Below are positions 8,853-16,017 of a stretch of DNA of 37,565 nucleotides, in pieces. The DNA is from Acidimicrobiales bacterium (GTDB taxonomy: Bacteria; Actinomycetota; Acidimicrobiia; Acidimicrobiales; CADCSY01). Position numbers and translations under genes: made by a program. The stretch is taken from NCBI GenBank assembly GCA_035942015.1, contig DASZDM010000233.1, positions 1-37,565 of the forward strand. The letters run 5' to 3'. Under the pieces are notes generated by a model. It had not been told where the DNA came from and made no database searches. It saw only the letters and a list, made by a program, of their open reading frames with translations. Position 1 is the first letter of the stretch. The number at the start of each line of letters is the position of its first letter.

Positions 8853-9716
8853 TTACGGCATCTCCATGGCCGGAGGCGCCTTGGTGCCGGCCCCCGAGAC
8901 GGTGTGCAAGAGATCGGGCGACGCCATTACCGCCAGGCCGAGGATGACCAAGGCGGCGCCGGCCACGCGGCCCACCGTCAGCGCCCGGCGTGCGTGCTTC
9001 TCGACCAGGAAGAGGACTGACAGCCCGATCATCCAAAACACGTTCATGAGGCCGACGGCCAAGAGAACCGCCATCAGGGCCCAGCAGCAACCGAGGCAGT
9101 GGATGCCGTGGTCGACCCCTGTGCGAAACGCACTGGTCAACCCCGTGCCGGCATCGTGGTCGAGGGCGAGCGTCACCGGGGTACAGCAGGCCCCTTGGCA
9201 GTGTGCCTTGCGGCGGCTGAACTGGTAACCCCCGGCGAAGACGAGGATCCCGCCGGCGACCACCGGGAGCCACCACGACTCGGAAGCCTCCGCAGCGAGG
9301 CTCCGGAACCACAAGAAGGGCAGGAGATAGGCCACACCGATGGCCGACCACACCGCGAGGAAGCCGGCGACGAAGGCTGCACTCGAGACGGCCCTCTCCC
9401 CACGGTGCTTGAGAACCAGTCGGTGACCCAGGGCGGCGGGGATGACCGCAGGGGCCATCATGGCGATCATCATGATCGTCCACATCCAGAGAAACCGCCC
9501 GATCCCCATCTCGTTGGGCATCCGCCTGCCGACCTGACCGAGGCCGTTGACCATCTTGGACATCGAGTCGGCCATTTGCACGGTCAAGACCCACGCGACC
9601 GCGGCGACGACAACGACGGCCGAAGTGATCACCACGGTCGAACGCGAGGGGAGTATCCGGTATGTCGTTGCCGGGGTGTCGGCCCGGTCGCCGAGCAAGG
9701 CGTCCGCGGTTGACAT
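8853..9716 (-). CDS. DUF2182 family putative metal-binding integral membrane protein
   Basis: ATG at 9714-9716 with SD GGAGG 6 nt upstream (the track starts one codon earlier, at TTG). Polytopic, with FLWMWTIMMIAMMAP, HCQGACC and HGIHCLGCCWALM motifs typical of DUF2182. Confidence 0.85.
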   Translation of the reverse strand: MSTADALLGDRADTPATTYRILPSRSTVVITSAVVVVAAVAWVLTVQMADSMSKMVNGLGQVGRRMPNEMGIGRFLWMWTIMMIAMMAPAVIPAALGHRLVLKHRGERAVSSAAFVAGFLAVWSAIGVAYLLPFLWFRSLAAEASESWWLPVVAGGILVFAGGYQFSRRKAHCQGACCTPVTLALDHDAGTGLTSAFRTGVDHGIHCLGCCWALMAVLLAVGLMNVFWMIGLSVLFLVEKHARRALTVGRVAGAALVILGLAVMASPDLLHTVSGAGTKAPPAMEMP

Positions 9717-9753
9717 CAACTACCTCCACTCATCGGCCGTCGGGGCGAATCAG

Positions 9754-9894
9754 CTATCCGCAAATGCACCCAGTTCCCTCCAGGCACTCCTGGCAGCAGT
9801 AGGCAGTGCCGTCCCTCACGACGCCTTGCCCACCGTTGCCCTTCCAGACGCCCTTCTCCATGTCACAGTTCGGACAGGTTTCCTGCACCGCCAT
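9754..9894 (-). CDS. 46-aa Cys-rich metallothionein-like peptide (BmtA/SmtA-like); absent from the ORF track
   Basis: Hand translation gives MAVQETCPNCDMEKGVWKGNGGQGVVRDGTAYCCQECLEGTGCICG*. It has 7 Cys. SD AAGGAG lies 6 nt upstream of ATG 9892-9894. About 78% of third positions are G/C. The stop lies 37 nt upstream of the DUF2182 start. The (V/I)xRDGxxYCCxxC core resembles bacterial metallothioneins. Confidence 0.6.
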   Translation of the reverse strand: MAVQETCPNCDMEKGVWKGNGGQGVVRDGTAYCCQECLEGTGCICG

Positions 9895-9973
9895 GTCTTT
9901 CTCCTTGTCGTAGGGCTTCGCTCTTCCGGGCCTACCCAGGCCGGTGTCGCGTCAAACAACACAGCTCCAGGCC

Positions 9974-10000
9974 ACGAATACCACCACCTATATGGTACGT
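9974..10000. repeat. imperfect inverted repeat in the divergent intergenic region
   Basis: ACGaaTACCA-ccacctata-TGGTACGT. Core arms are TACCA (9979-9983) and TGGTA (9993-9997) with a 9-nt spacer. It lies about 85 nt upstream of the metallothionein-like ORF. Confidence 0.35.
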
Positions 10001-10277
10001 GCCACTTCAAGACGGGCATTGCTCGAGTTCTGCTGAAACAGTTCCGGCGGCGCGGTAGAATACTCAGGAGCGTAGAACCCTTTCCCCCCCGTACTCCGTA
10101 CCGCCCCAGACCTCGGCGGGCCTACATCGTCCTTCACAGAAGGGAAAGACTGGCCCACATGAGGATCGATGCGGAGACGACCGAGGCGGAGGTGACGGCT
10201 CCCGAATGGTCCCTGGCGTTCCAGCAGTTGGCCGGCTGAACGATTCACCCACAGATTTCTGGAACGGCGGAGGCAAC

Positions 10278-10745
10278 ATGTCGAGCGGACGGGTCCCTTC
10301 GGTACGTGTACTCGGCGTGCCGCTGTCAAGGAAGGACGAACACGGCACCGTGGTGATCTCGGTTGCTGGCCCAATCACCGCCGAACTGTTCGCCGAGCTT
10401 GACACTGACTTCCGCCTCGTCCCGGTGAGCATGCCCGTCATCATCAACCTGAACGCACTGACGCTCGGCAACGCGAACGTGTTGGAGCAATTGGTGTCCT
10501 TCCTAGGTTCACTTCCCCGCTCCAGCGTCTGCTTGGTGTGCGGACGCCTCAGCGCCCGCAGGCTGTTACGCCTCGTAGGAGCCGCCGACATCGTGCCTAT
10601 CTTCATGACCACGGCCGATGCCATGCAGGTACTGATACTTCACGAGCAGGGGTACGGACCCGGCTGGTCCATGACCGTTCCGAACGGGGCTGCTGCCCCT
10701 TTGGCGCCGCGGGAGGGAAGTGAGTCACCCAGCGCTTCCCGATGA
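10278..10745 (+). CDS. STAS-domain protein (anti-sigma-antagonist-like), orphan
   Basis: Start taken at ATG 10278 (GGCGGAGG upstream). The core VVISVAGPITAELFAELDTDF...PVIINLNALTLGNANVLEQLVSFL...VCLVCGRLSARRLLRLVGAADIVPIFMTTADAMQ follows the STAS beta-alpha pattern. The region looks lower in GC than the rest of the window. Confidence 0.6.
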   Translation: MSSGRVPSVRVLGVPLSRKDEHGTVVISVAGPITAELFAELDTDFRLVPVSMPVIINLNALTLGNANVLEQLVSFLGSLPRSSVCLVCGRLSARRLLRLVGAADIVPIFMTTADAMQVLILHEQGYGPGWSMTVPNGAAAPLAPREGSESPSASR

Positions 10746-10748
10746 GCG

Positions 10749-10914
10749 TCACGTTGGATGCCCACCGCGTCGGAAGGCGTAGACCGCCTGCTCGGTCAAC
10801 CAACCGAACACGCCGTCGACGGGGCCGACCCAAAAGCGCAGCTCCTCCAGCCGCTTCTGTAGTTCCTCTACTGCCGGTCCTTCGTCGCCCGGCTCCAGGA
10901 TCTCGGGGGCAAGG
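10749..10914 (-). pseudogene. 3' fragment of the IS-disrupted SLH/PG-binding gene
   Basis: Continuing the SLH reading frame across the reconstructed target site gives ...GLAPEILEPGDEGPAVEELQKRLEELRFWVGPVDGVFGWLTEQAVYAFRRGGHPT*, with the stop at 10749-10751. The LQxxLxxL...G.VDGxFGxxTxxAVxxF pattern matches a PG_binding_1 domain. Confidence 0.6.
10907..10914. repeat. target-site duplication, left copy (GGGCAAGG)
   Basis: This 8-bp sequence directly abuts the left inverted repeat. It is identical to the 8 bp at 12324-12331 that abut the right inverted repeat. Confidence 0.85.
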
Positions 10915-10937
10915 GGACCTTCGCGTTTGAGCGGGGT
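10915..10937. repeat. IS left terminal inverted repeat
   Basis: GGACCTTCGCGTTTGAGCGGGGT. The reverse complement of 12301-12323 is GGTCCTTCGCGTTTCAGCGGGGT. Confidence 0.85.
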
Positions 10938-11023
10938 CTGACCGTCTGAGGGTCCACGCGTAGGTCGGGGGTCTCGACCAGTGTCTGGAGTGTCGAGCTT
11001 CAGATCCTGCGAGGAGACCCCCG

Positions 11024-12310
11024 ATGACCCTTGACCGTACGCGCTGGTGCGAGCTGCTTGTTGGCCTGGAGCGAGTGGAAGTGCTTGACGTCGTCCGGCT
11101 CCTCGAGCGCCTGGTCGTCACCGTCGAGTCCACCGACCGGCTGATGGGCTGTGGCGCATGTGGAACCCGAGCGACGGTCAAGGACCGGGACCGAGTCGAA
11201 CTGGCCGATCTCCCAGCCTTCGGATGCCCGGTCACCCTGGTGTGGCTGAAGCGCCGGTGGCGCTGCGGCGAAGCGGACTGCGGCGAGGGAACCTGGACCG
11301 AGGACCGCCCCGACATCGCCCCGGCCCGCTCGACGATGACCGGCCGTGCCGGGGTGTGGGCCACCACCCAGGTCGGTCGCCACGTGCACTCGGTGTCGTG
11401 GGCGGCCAAGGAGCTGGGCGTCACCTGGCACACGGTCATGGACGCCGTCACCCTCTGGGGAGAGGTGCTTGTCGAGCACCCCGACCGGGTCGGCACCACT
11501 ACGGCCATCGGGGTCGACGAGACGTCCTTCCTGGCCGCCACCGCCACGGAAGGGACGCGGTGGGTCTCGAGCATCTGCGATGTCGAGGGGAGAAGTGTCA
11601 TCGACGTGATCGAGGGCCGCCAGGCCCCTGACCTGGACCGATGGCTCGTCGATCAAGCGGAGGAGTGGAAGGCAGCGGTGGCCATCACGGTGTGCGATCT
11701 GCACGAGCCATTCCGAGCAGCGCTGGCCCGCCACCTTCCTGATGCGACTGCGGTGGCCGATCCCTTCCACGTCGTGGCCGTGGGCACTCGCTGTGTCGAT
11801 GCCACCCGCCGACGCGTGCAGAACGACACCCTCGGACATCGTGGCCACAAGGGTGACCCGCTCTATCGGTGCCGCAAGCTCTTGGCCATGGCTGAAGAGC
11901 GCCTGGAGGACAACGGCACCAGCAAGTTGCGCGGTCTGCTCGCCGCCGGGGATCCCTTCGGCCATGTGCGCGAGGCGTGGACAGCAAAGGAATGCCTTCG
12001 TGACCTCTACACCCTCTATGGCGAGCCCGAGCTCGCCGGACGCTGGATCGACGGGCTCATCGAGGACTGCCGGGAAGCCCGGGCCCCAGAGGTGCGGAGC
12101 GTCGCTCGCACGCTGAAGCGATGGCGGAATCAGATCCTGGCCTGGCACACCACCGGCGCCTCGAACGGCCCCACCGAGGGGCTCAACTCGATCATCAAGA
12201 AGGTCAAGCGGGTTGGGGCCGGCTTCAGGTCATTCACCAACTACCGGCTGCGGATCCTGCTGGCTGTCGGGGGCTGCAATTGGTCGCTTCTCAGTCCTGC
12301 ACCCCGCTGA
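11024..12310 (+). CDS. ISL3 family transposase
   Basis: 428 aa with SD GAGGAG upstream. The N-terminal zinc-ribbon-like CGACG...WRCGEADC, the central IGVDETSF region and the C-terminal NGPTEGLNSIIKKVKRVGAGFRSFTNYRLRILL are hallmark ISL3 motifs. The stop codon lies inside the right inverted repeat. Confidence 0.95.
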   Translation: MTLDRTRWCELLVGLERVEVLDVVRLLERLVVTVESTDRLMGCGACGTRATVKDRDRVELADLPAFGCPVTLVWLKRRWRCGEADCGEGTWTEDRPDIAPARSTMTGRAGVWATTQVGRHVHSVSWAAKELGVTWHTVMDAVTLWGEVLVEHPDRVGTTTAIGVDETSFLAATATEGTRWVSSICDVEGRSVIDVIEGRQAPDLDRWLVDQAEEWKAAVAITVCDLHEPFRAALARHLPDATAVADPFHVVAVGTRCVDATRRRVQNDTLGHRGHKGDPLYRCRKLLAMAEERLEDNGTSKLRGLLAAGDPFGHVREAWTAKECLRDLYTLYGEPELAGRWIDGLIEDCREARAPEVRSVARTLKRWRNQILAWHTTGASNGPTEGLNSIIKKVKRVGAGFRSFTNYRLRILLAVGGCNWSLLSPAPR

Positions 12311-12323
12311 AACGCGAAGGACC
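12301..12323. repeat. IS right terminal inverted repeat
   Basis: ACCCCGCTGAAACGCGAAGGACC is the reverse-complement partner of 10915-10937. Confidence 0.85.
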
Positions 12324-12331
12324 GGGCAAGG
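12324..12331. repeat. target-site duplication, right copy (GGGCAAGG)
   Basis: Identical to 10907-10914 and directly abuts the right inverted repeat. Confidence 0.85.
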
Positions 12332-13203
12332 CCCGCGGGGAGGGGGGTGATGCGCTGGGCGACCTCGAGGTTGGCGAGGCTGCGCATGATGAAGGCCGAC
12401 ATCTGTCCGCGGGTCAGGGACTGCCCCGGGTCGAACAGGTTCATCCCGTCGCCGACGGCAATGCCCACCTCGGCCAGTGCGTTGATGTTGGGCTCGTGGA
12501 TGCTGTTGTCGTCGTCGGTGAAGTAGTTGTTGTCGTTGGCCCCTTCTGTGCCTGTGAGGAACTCGAGTGCCTGGGCGATCAGGCTCGCCATCTGCCCCCG
12601 GCTGAGGGGAACCGACGGGCCGTAGGAGGTGGGAGGAAGGTGGTCCGGGCCGCCACGCACGATGCCGGCGTCGGCCAGTTGGTTGATGCTCTCCACATGG
12701 GCGTCGTCGTCGGCCACATCGTCGAAGGCATTGACACCGTCGTAGGCGGGGAGCTCCTTCAGGGCGCTGCCGGGATCTCCCGACCGACTTGCAGCTCGTT
12801 GGCCATGTTGCTCATCCGCGTGAGAAACGATGCCATCTGGGCTCGGGTGAACGTAGCCGCCGGCCCATAAACACCAGGCCGGAGACCGAAGGTGATGCCG
12901 GCGTAGGCCTGGCACCGGATCGCCGGTGCGAAGGTTGGGGTTCGTCCACGTCAGCGAACGGTCATAGTCCTGAGGGACGTCGGCGCAGAAGGAGCCGATC
13001 ACCGTTGCCGGTGGCGGATCGCCAGTCTGGGCGGACACCGGAGACAAGGCCAGGACTGCCAGCGCAACCACTCCGGCCAGCGTGGCCACGCAAAGGCGGC
13101 GGATCCGCCCATGGGAAGCTGTGGTCTGGACAGCGGAACGAAGCTGCCCCACGTCGCCGAGAAAGCGCAGTGGCGGTGCTTGTCCGTCGATCTGCCGATA
13201 CAT
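12324..13203 (-). pseudogene. 5' part of an exported SLH-repeat/PG-binding envelope protein gene, interrupted by ISL3 and internally frameshifted
   Basis: Sec-type signal peptide RIRRLCVATLAGVVALAVLALSPVSAQT. Two in-frame SLH repeats are present (INQLADAGIVRGG...LSRGQMASLIAQAL and INALAEVGIAVGD...LTRGQMSAFIMRSL). A third SLH repeat is readable only in another frame (12762-12950). The track ORF (12241-13203) runs 83 nt into the IS, so its last ~27 aa are IS-derived. Confidence 0.7.
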
Positions 13204-13372
13204 GATCCTTGGCCGACATCTCGGTAACGCTGAGCGACTAGGCGATCAAGCGAGCAGCTCAGGAAAATCTACGGGGCTGACGTCGTCGGTCCGGCCGTGA
13301 GTAACCACCCCGTCGTCGCGCCGGCGGGTCGATGCTGTACCTTGCCCACCTTGCTGGCGCCGAGATCCGGGG

Positions 13373-15493
13373 ATGAGGAGAGGGCCGGCATCAGCCCTTG
13401 TCGCAGGCGCGGATACGGTGTCGTCGCCGCCGGAGGACGTTGGCTTGGCTGGTGAGTCCAGCCCCAAGGTGGTTTCGCTGGACGATCAACGAGCGACCGA
13501 CCAGCGCCTCACCGGGGCCAAGGCGGCAGCGCTGGCCACGGCCGCTGCGCACGGGCTCCCGGTACTGCCTGGCTTCGTGCTCACCACCGCGGCAACGGCG
13601 CCGGGCGAAGTCGCCGGCGCCGTCGGCCCCGAGGTCCGGGCGGCCTGGGAAAAGCTCTCGGACGGCGGCAGGCGATCGCTCGTCGTCCGCTCGTCGTCCA
13701 CCGTCGAGGACCTGGCGGGAAGCTCGATGGCCGGGCGCTTCGAGTCCGTGGTTGGGGTCAACGGCTGGGATGCGTTCCAAGCCGCCGTCCGCACCGTGCT
13801 CGATTCACGCCGGCATGCGGCCGAGGGCGTGGCCGACCTCACCGGGGACGAGCCACTGGCCGTGCTCGTCCAGCCCCTCGTCGACTCCACCGCCGGCGGG
13901 GTCCTCTTCGGCGTCGATCCCGTCAGCGGCCGGACCGACCAGCTCGTCGTCGCCGCGTCCACGGAGGGCCCCGATGCGGTGGTGAGCGGGAAGGTGGAGG
14001 GCAGCCGCTACGTCATCGACCGCAGTGGTGACGAGGTCCAAGCCGACCACGGTGGCGGTGGCGCACGCCTGGAGGGGAGTCAGTTGTCGGCACTGGCCGA
14101 GCTGGCCGGTACCGCAGCAGACATCTTCGGCGGCCATCAAGATGTGGAGTGGGCGTTCGACCGCCAAGGGAATCTGGCGCTCCTGCAGAGCCGGCCAGTG
14201 ACCACTGAGGTGGCGGGCGTTCCCTGCGGTCCCATCCTGGGGCCCGGCCCGGTCTCGGAGACCTTCCCGGAGCCCCTTGCCGCCCTCGAGCAAGATCTGT
14301 GGGTAGCGCCTCTGCGGGAGGCCCTCTGCCAGGCACTGCGCCTGGCCGGTGCAGCCACGGAGACGGAGCTCGCCGCCTCGCCGGTCGTGGTCTGCATCGG
14401 GGGAAGGGTCGCCATCGACCTCGAGCTCACGGGAGTGGTCCCCCGCCGCTCACCACCCTCCCGCCTCGACCCCCGGCCCCGGCTCCGGCGGTTGCGGGCG
14501 GCATGGCGGGTCGGGCGGCTTCGTGCTGCCTTGCCCGGATTGGCGGACGATGTGGTGCAGCAGACCGACACCGCCCTCGCCGCCGTTCCTGACCTCGACA
14601 GCCTGAGTGATCGCCAGCTGCTGGCGGTGTTGGACCGTGGCTCGGCGGCACTGGTCGCCGCCCATGCCCACGAGGTGCTCATTGGTCAGCTCGTTGCGCC
14701 CGACGCACCTCGCCTGACCGGCACGTCGGTGGCGCTGCGGGTGCTCGCCCACGCTCGCCAGCGTGGGACACCGGACGAGGAGATCATCGCCCGTCATCCC
14801 GTGGTCCTCGCCCTCAGCCCTCCGAGGATCAGTGCCGGGAACCCTCTGCCCCGACCGGTGGAACCACCGCCGTGGCGGCCGGAGAGAGCGCGCGACCACG
14901 ATGCTGTGCTCCGCGAGGCGCTGCGCCTGCGGGCGAGGTGGCTCCAAGAGCTGACGGCCCGGGTGGCGTGGGTGCTCGGCGAACGCCTGGCCGACCGTGG
15001 TGTACTCGACGACCCCGAGCTCGTGCGCCGGTTCAGACGGGACGACCTGCAAGGCATCGTGCTCGGCGGGACCGAGCCGACCGCTCTCCCTGGCCAGGCC
15101 GAGGCCGGCACCAGCGAGCCGCTTCCCGCCCGGTTCCGCCTCAGCGATGCTGGTCGCCCCATTCCCATGGTGAGCGGCGACGAGGGGGCCGGGACCGGCG
15201 CTGGCGGTGGAGTGGGTCGCGGCGTGGTGGTCCACGACGTGGCCGACGCGAAGGACGGAAGCGTCCTTGTGGTTCGCAACCTGGACCCCTCCATTGCCCC
15301 CATCCTGCCCCGGCTGGCCGGCCTGGTCGCCGAGACCGGCAGCGTCCTCGCCCACATCGCCATCCTCGCCCGCGAGGCGAACCTCCCCACCGTCGTCGGG
15401 TTCCCCGGTGCGATCGACAAGTTCCCGCCCGGAGCACGTGTGGCCGTCGACGGCAGCGAGGGCGACGTCGAGATCGTGGACGACCAGCGATGA
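13373..15493 (+). CDS. PEP/pyruvate-binding (PPDK_N) plus PEP-utilising mobile-domain protein, rifampicin-phosphotransferase-like dikinase architecture
   Basis: N-terminal ATP-grasp region (GAKAAALATAAAHGLPVLPGFVLT, VVRSSSTVEDLAGSSMAGRFESV, QDVEWAF...LLQSRPVT). Helical middle region. C-terminal swivel domain with candidate phospho-His (AETGSVLAHIAILAREANLPTVVG). The true start may lie about 30 codons downstream of ATG 13373. Confidence 0.85.
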   Translation: MRRGPASALVAGADTVSSPPEDVGLAGESSPKVVSLDDQRATDQRLTGAKAAALATAAAHGLPVLPGFVLTTAATAPGEVAGAVGPEVRAAWEKLSDGGRRSLVVRSSSTVEDLAGSSMAGRFESVVGVNGWDAFQAAVRTVLDSRRHAAEGVADLTGDEPLAVLVQPLVDSTAGGVLFGVDPVSGRTDQLVVAASTEGPDAVVSGKVEGSRYVIDRSGDEVQADHGGGGARLEGSQLSALAELAGTAADIFGGHQDVEWAFDRQGNLALLQSRPVTTEVAGVPCGPILGPGPVSETFPEPLAALEQDLWVAPLREALCQALRLAGAATETELAASPVVVCIGGRVAIDLELTGVVPRRSPPSRLDPRPRLRRLRAAWRVGRLRAALPGLADDVVQQTDTALAAVPDLDSLSDRQLLAVLDRGSAALVAAHAHEVLIGQLVAPDAPRLTGTSVALRVLAHARQRGTPDEEIIARHPVVLALSPPRISAGNPLPRPVEPPPWRPERARDHDAVLREALRLRARWLQELTARVAWVLGERLADRGVLDDPELVRRFRRDDLQGIVLGGTEPTALPGQAEAGTSEPLPARFRLSDAGRPIPMVSGDEGAGTGAGGGVGRGVVVHDVADAKDGSVLVVRNLDPSIAPILPRLAGLVAETGSVLAHIAILAREANLPTVVGFPGAIDKFPPGARVAVDGSEGDVEIVDDQR

Positions 15494-16017
15494 GGAAGAT
15501 CGCCTCGCTGATCGCCGTCGCCGCCGTCCTCGGCTCCGGCGCATACGTGTTCGTCTACATCTACCGATGGGAGTGGAACCGGGCGCTGATGATGGGCATC
15601 TTCCTCATCGCCACGGAGATTCCCGTGGCCACCGCCCTGATCCTGCGCAAGGTGGGCAAAACTGCCACGGTGCAGGCCACGGCGCCCGACCCGGGGGTGC
15701 TGGCCCGAATCCAGGAGGCCGCGCCTCGACGCCATCACTTCGCCTGGCTCGACCCGCGTTCCGGTCGCACCAACGTCTTCATCACCATGTTCGTCGGTGG
15801 TGGGATCCTGGTCTCGGGGCTCGCATGGGCCATCGACCGGTTCGCCTCCCGTACCGGCGGCCGACGGCTGGAAGGTGACCTAGCCACCCGGCTCGGGGCG
15901 ATTGCCTTTCCTGCCGAGGGCCTGGTGGCCGACGACACTGAGCTGCTCGCCGAGGAGGCCCCATTTCATGACGACCCTGAGCTACGGCTCCTGCTTGGCA
16001 CCAACGGCCGCCCGTGA
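15490..16017 (+). CDS. membrane protein (3 predicted TM helices), hypothetical
   Basis: The ATG at 15490 overlaps the upstream stop (ATGA). 175 aa, with TM segments IASLIAVAAVLGSGAYVFVYIY, ALMMGIFLIATEIPVATALIL and VFITMFVGGGILVSGLAWAI. It is the C-terminal part of the 381-aa track ORF. Confidence 0.7.
   Translation: MRKIASLIAVAAVLGSGAYVFVYIYRWEWNRALMMGIFLIATEIPVATALILRKVGKTATVQATAPDPGVLARIQEAAPRRHHFAWLDPRSGRTNVFITMFVGGGILVSGLAWAIDRFASRTGGRRLEGDLATRLGAIAFPAEGLVADDTELLAEEAPFHDDPELRLLLGTNGRP

Larger units (their letters stand above)
10915..12323 (+). mobile_element. ISL3-family insertion sequence, about 1.41 kb, apparently intact
   Basis: A single 428-aa ISL3 transposase is flanked by 23-bp terminal inverted repeats (21/23 matches) and an 8-bp direct target duplication. 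That duplication length is characteristic of ISL3. Confidence 0.85.

Noticed and set aside
8776-9729. 317-aa minus-strand ORF overlapping the DUF2182 gene in another frame
   Set aside because: It is Arg/Gly/Pro-rich with no TM pattern. The alternative frame gives a clear DUF2182 membrane protein with an SD.
9816-10019. 67-aa minus-strand ORF overlapping the metallothionein-like ORF
   Set aside because: It has no SD and a Trp/Arg-rich odd composition. It overlaps the better-supported 46-codon ORF in another frame.
10159-10239. 26-codon acidic ORF (MRIDAETTEAEVTAPEWSLAFQQLAG) with an AAGGGAAAG upstream, in the STAS leader
   Set aside because: It is too short and featureless to support, with no homology or coupling signal. 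It may simply be part of the 5' leader.
10603-12148. Minus-strand ORFs 10603-11601 and 11000-12148
   Set aside because: They are antisense to the ISL3 transposase and cross the IS boundary. The products are Ser/Arg/Thr-rich shadow sequence.
13373-15493. Calling the dikinase a rifampicin phosphotransferase (resistance gene)
   Set aside because: The architecture is compatible, but the protein is ~150 aa shorter than typical RPH enzymes. I cannot verify the rifamycin-binding residues without an alignment, so I kept the generic family call.
14450-15738. Minus-strand ORFs antisense to the dikinase gene (364 and 314 aa)
   Set aside because: They are shadow ORFs opposite a gene with clear PPDK_N and swivel-domain motifs.
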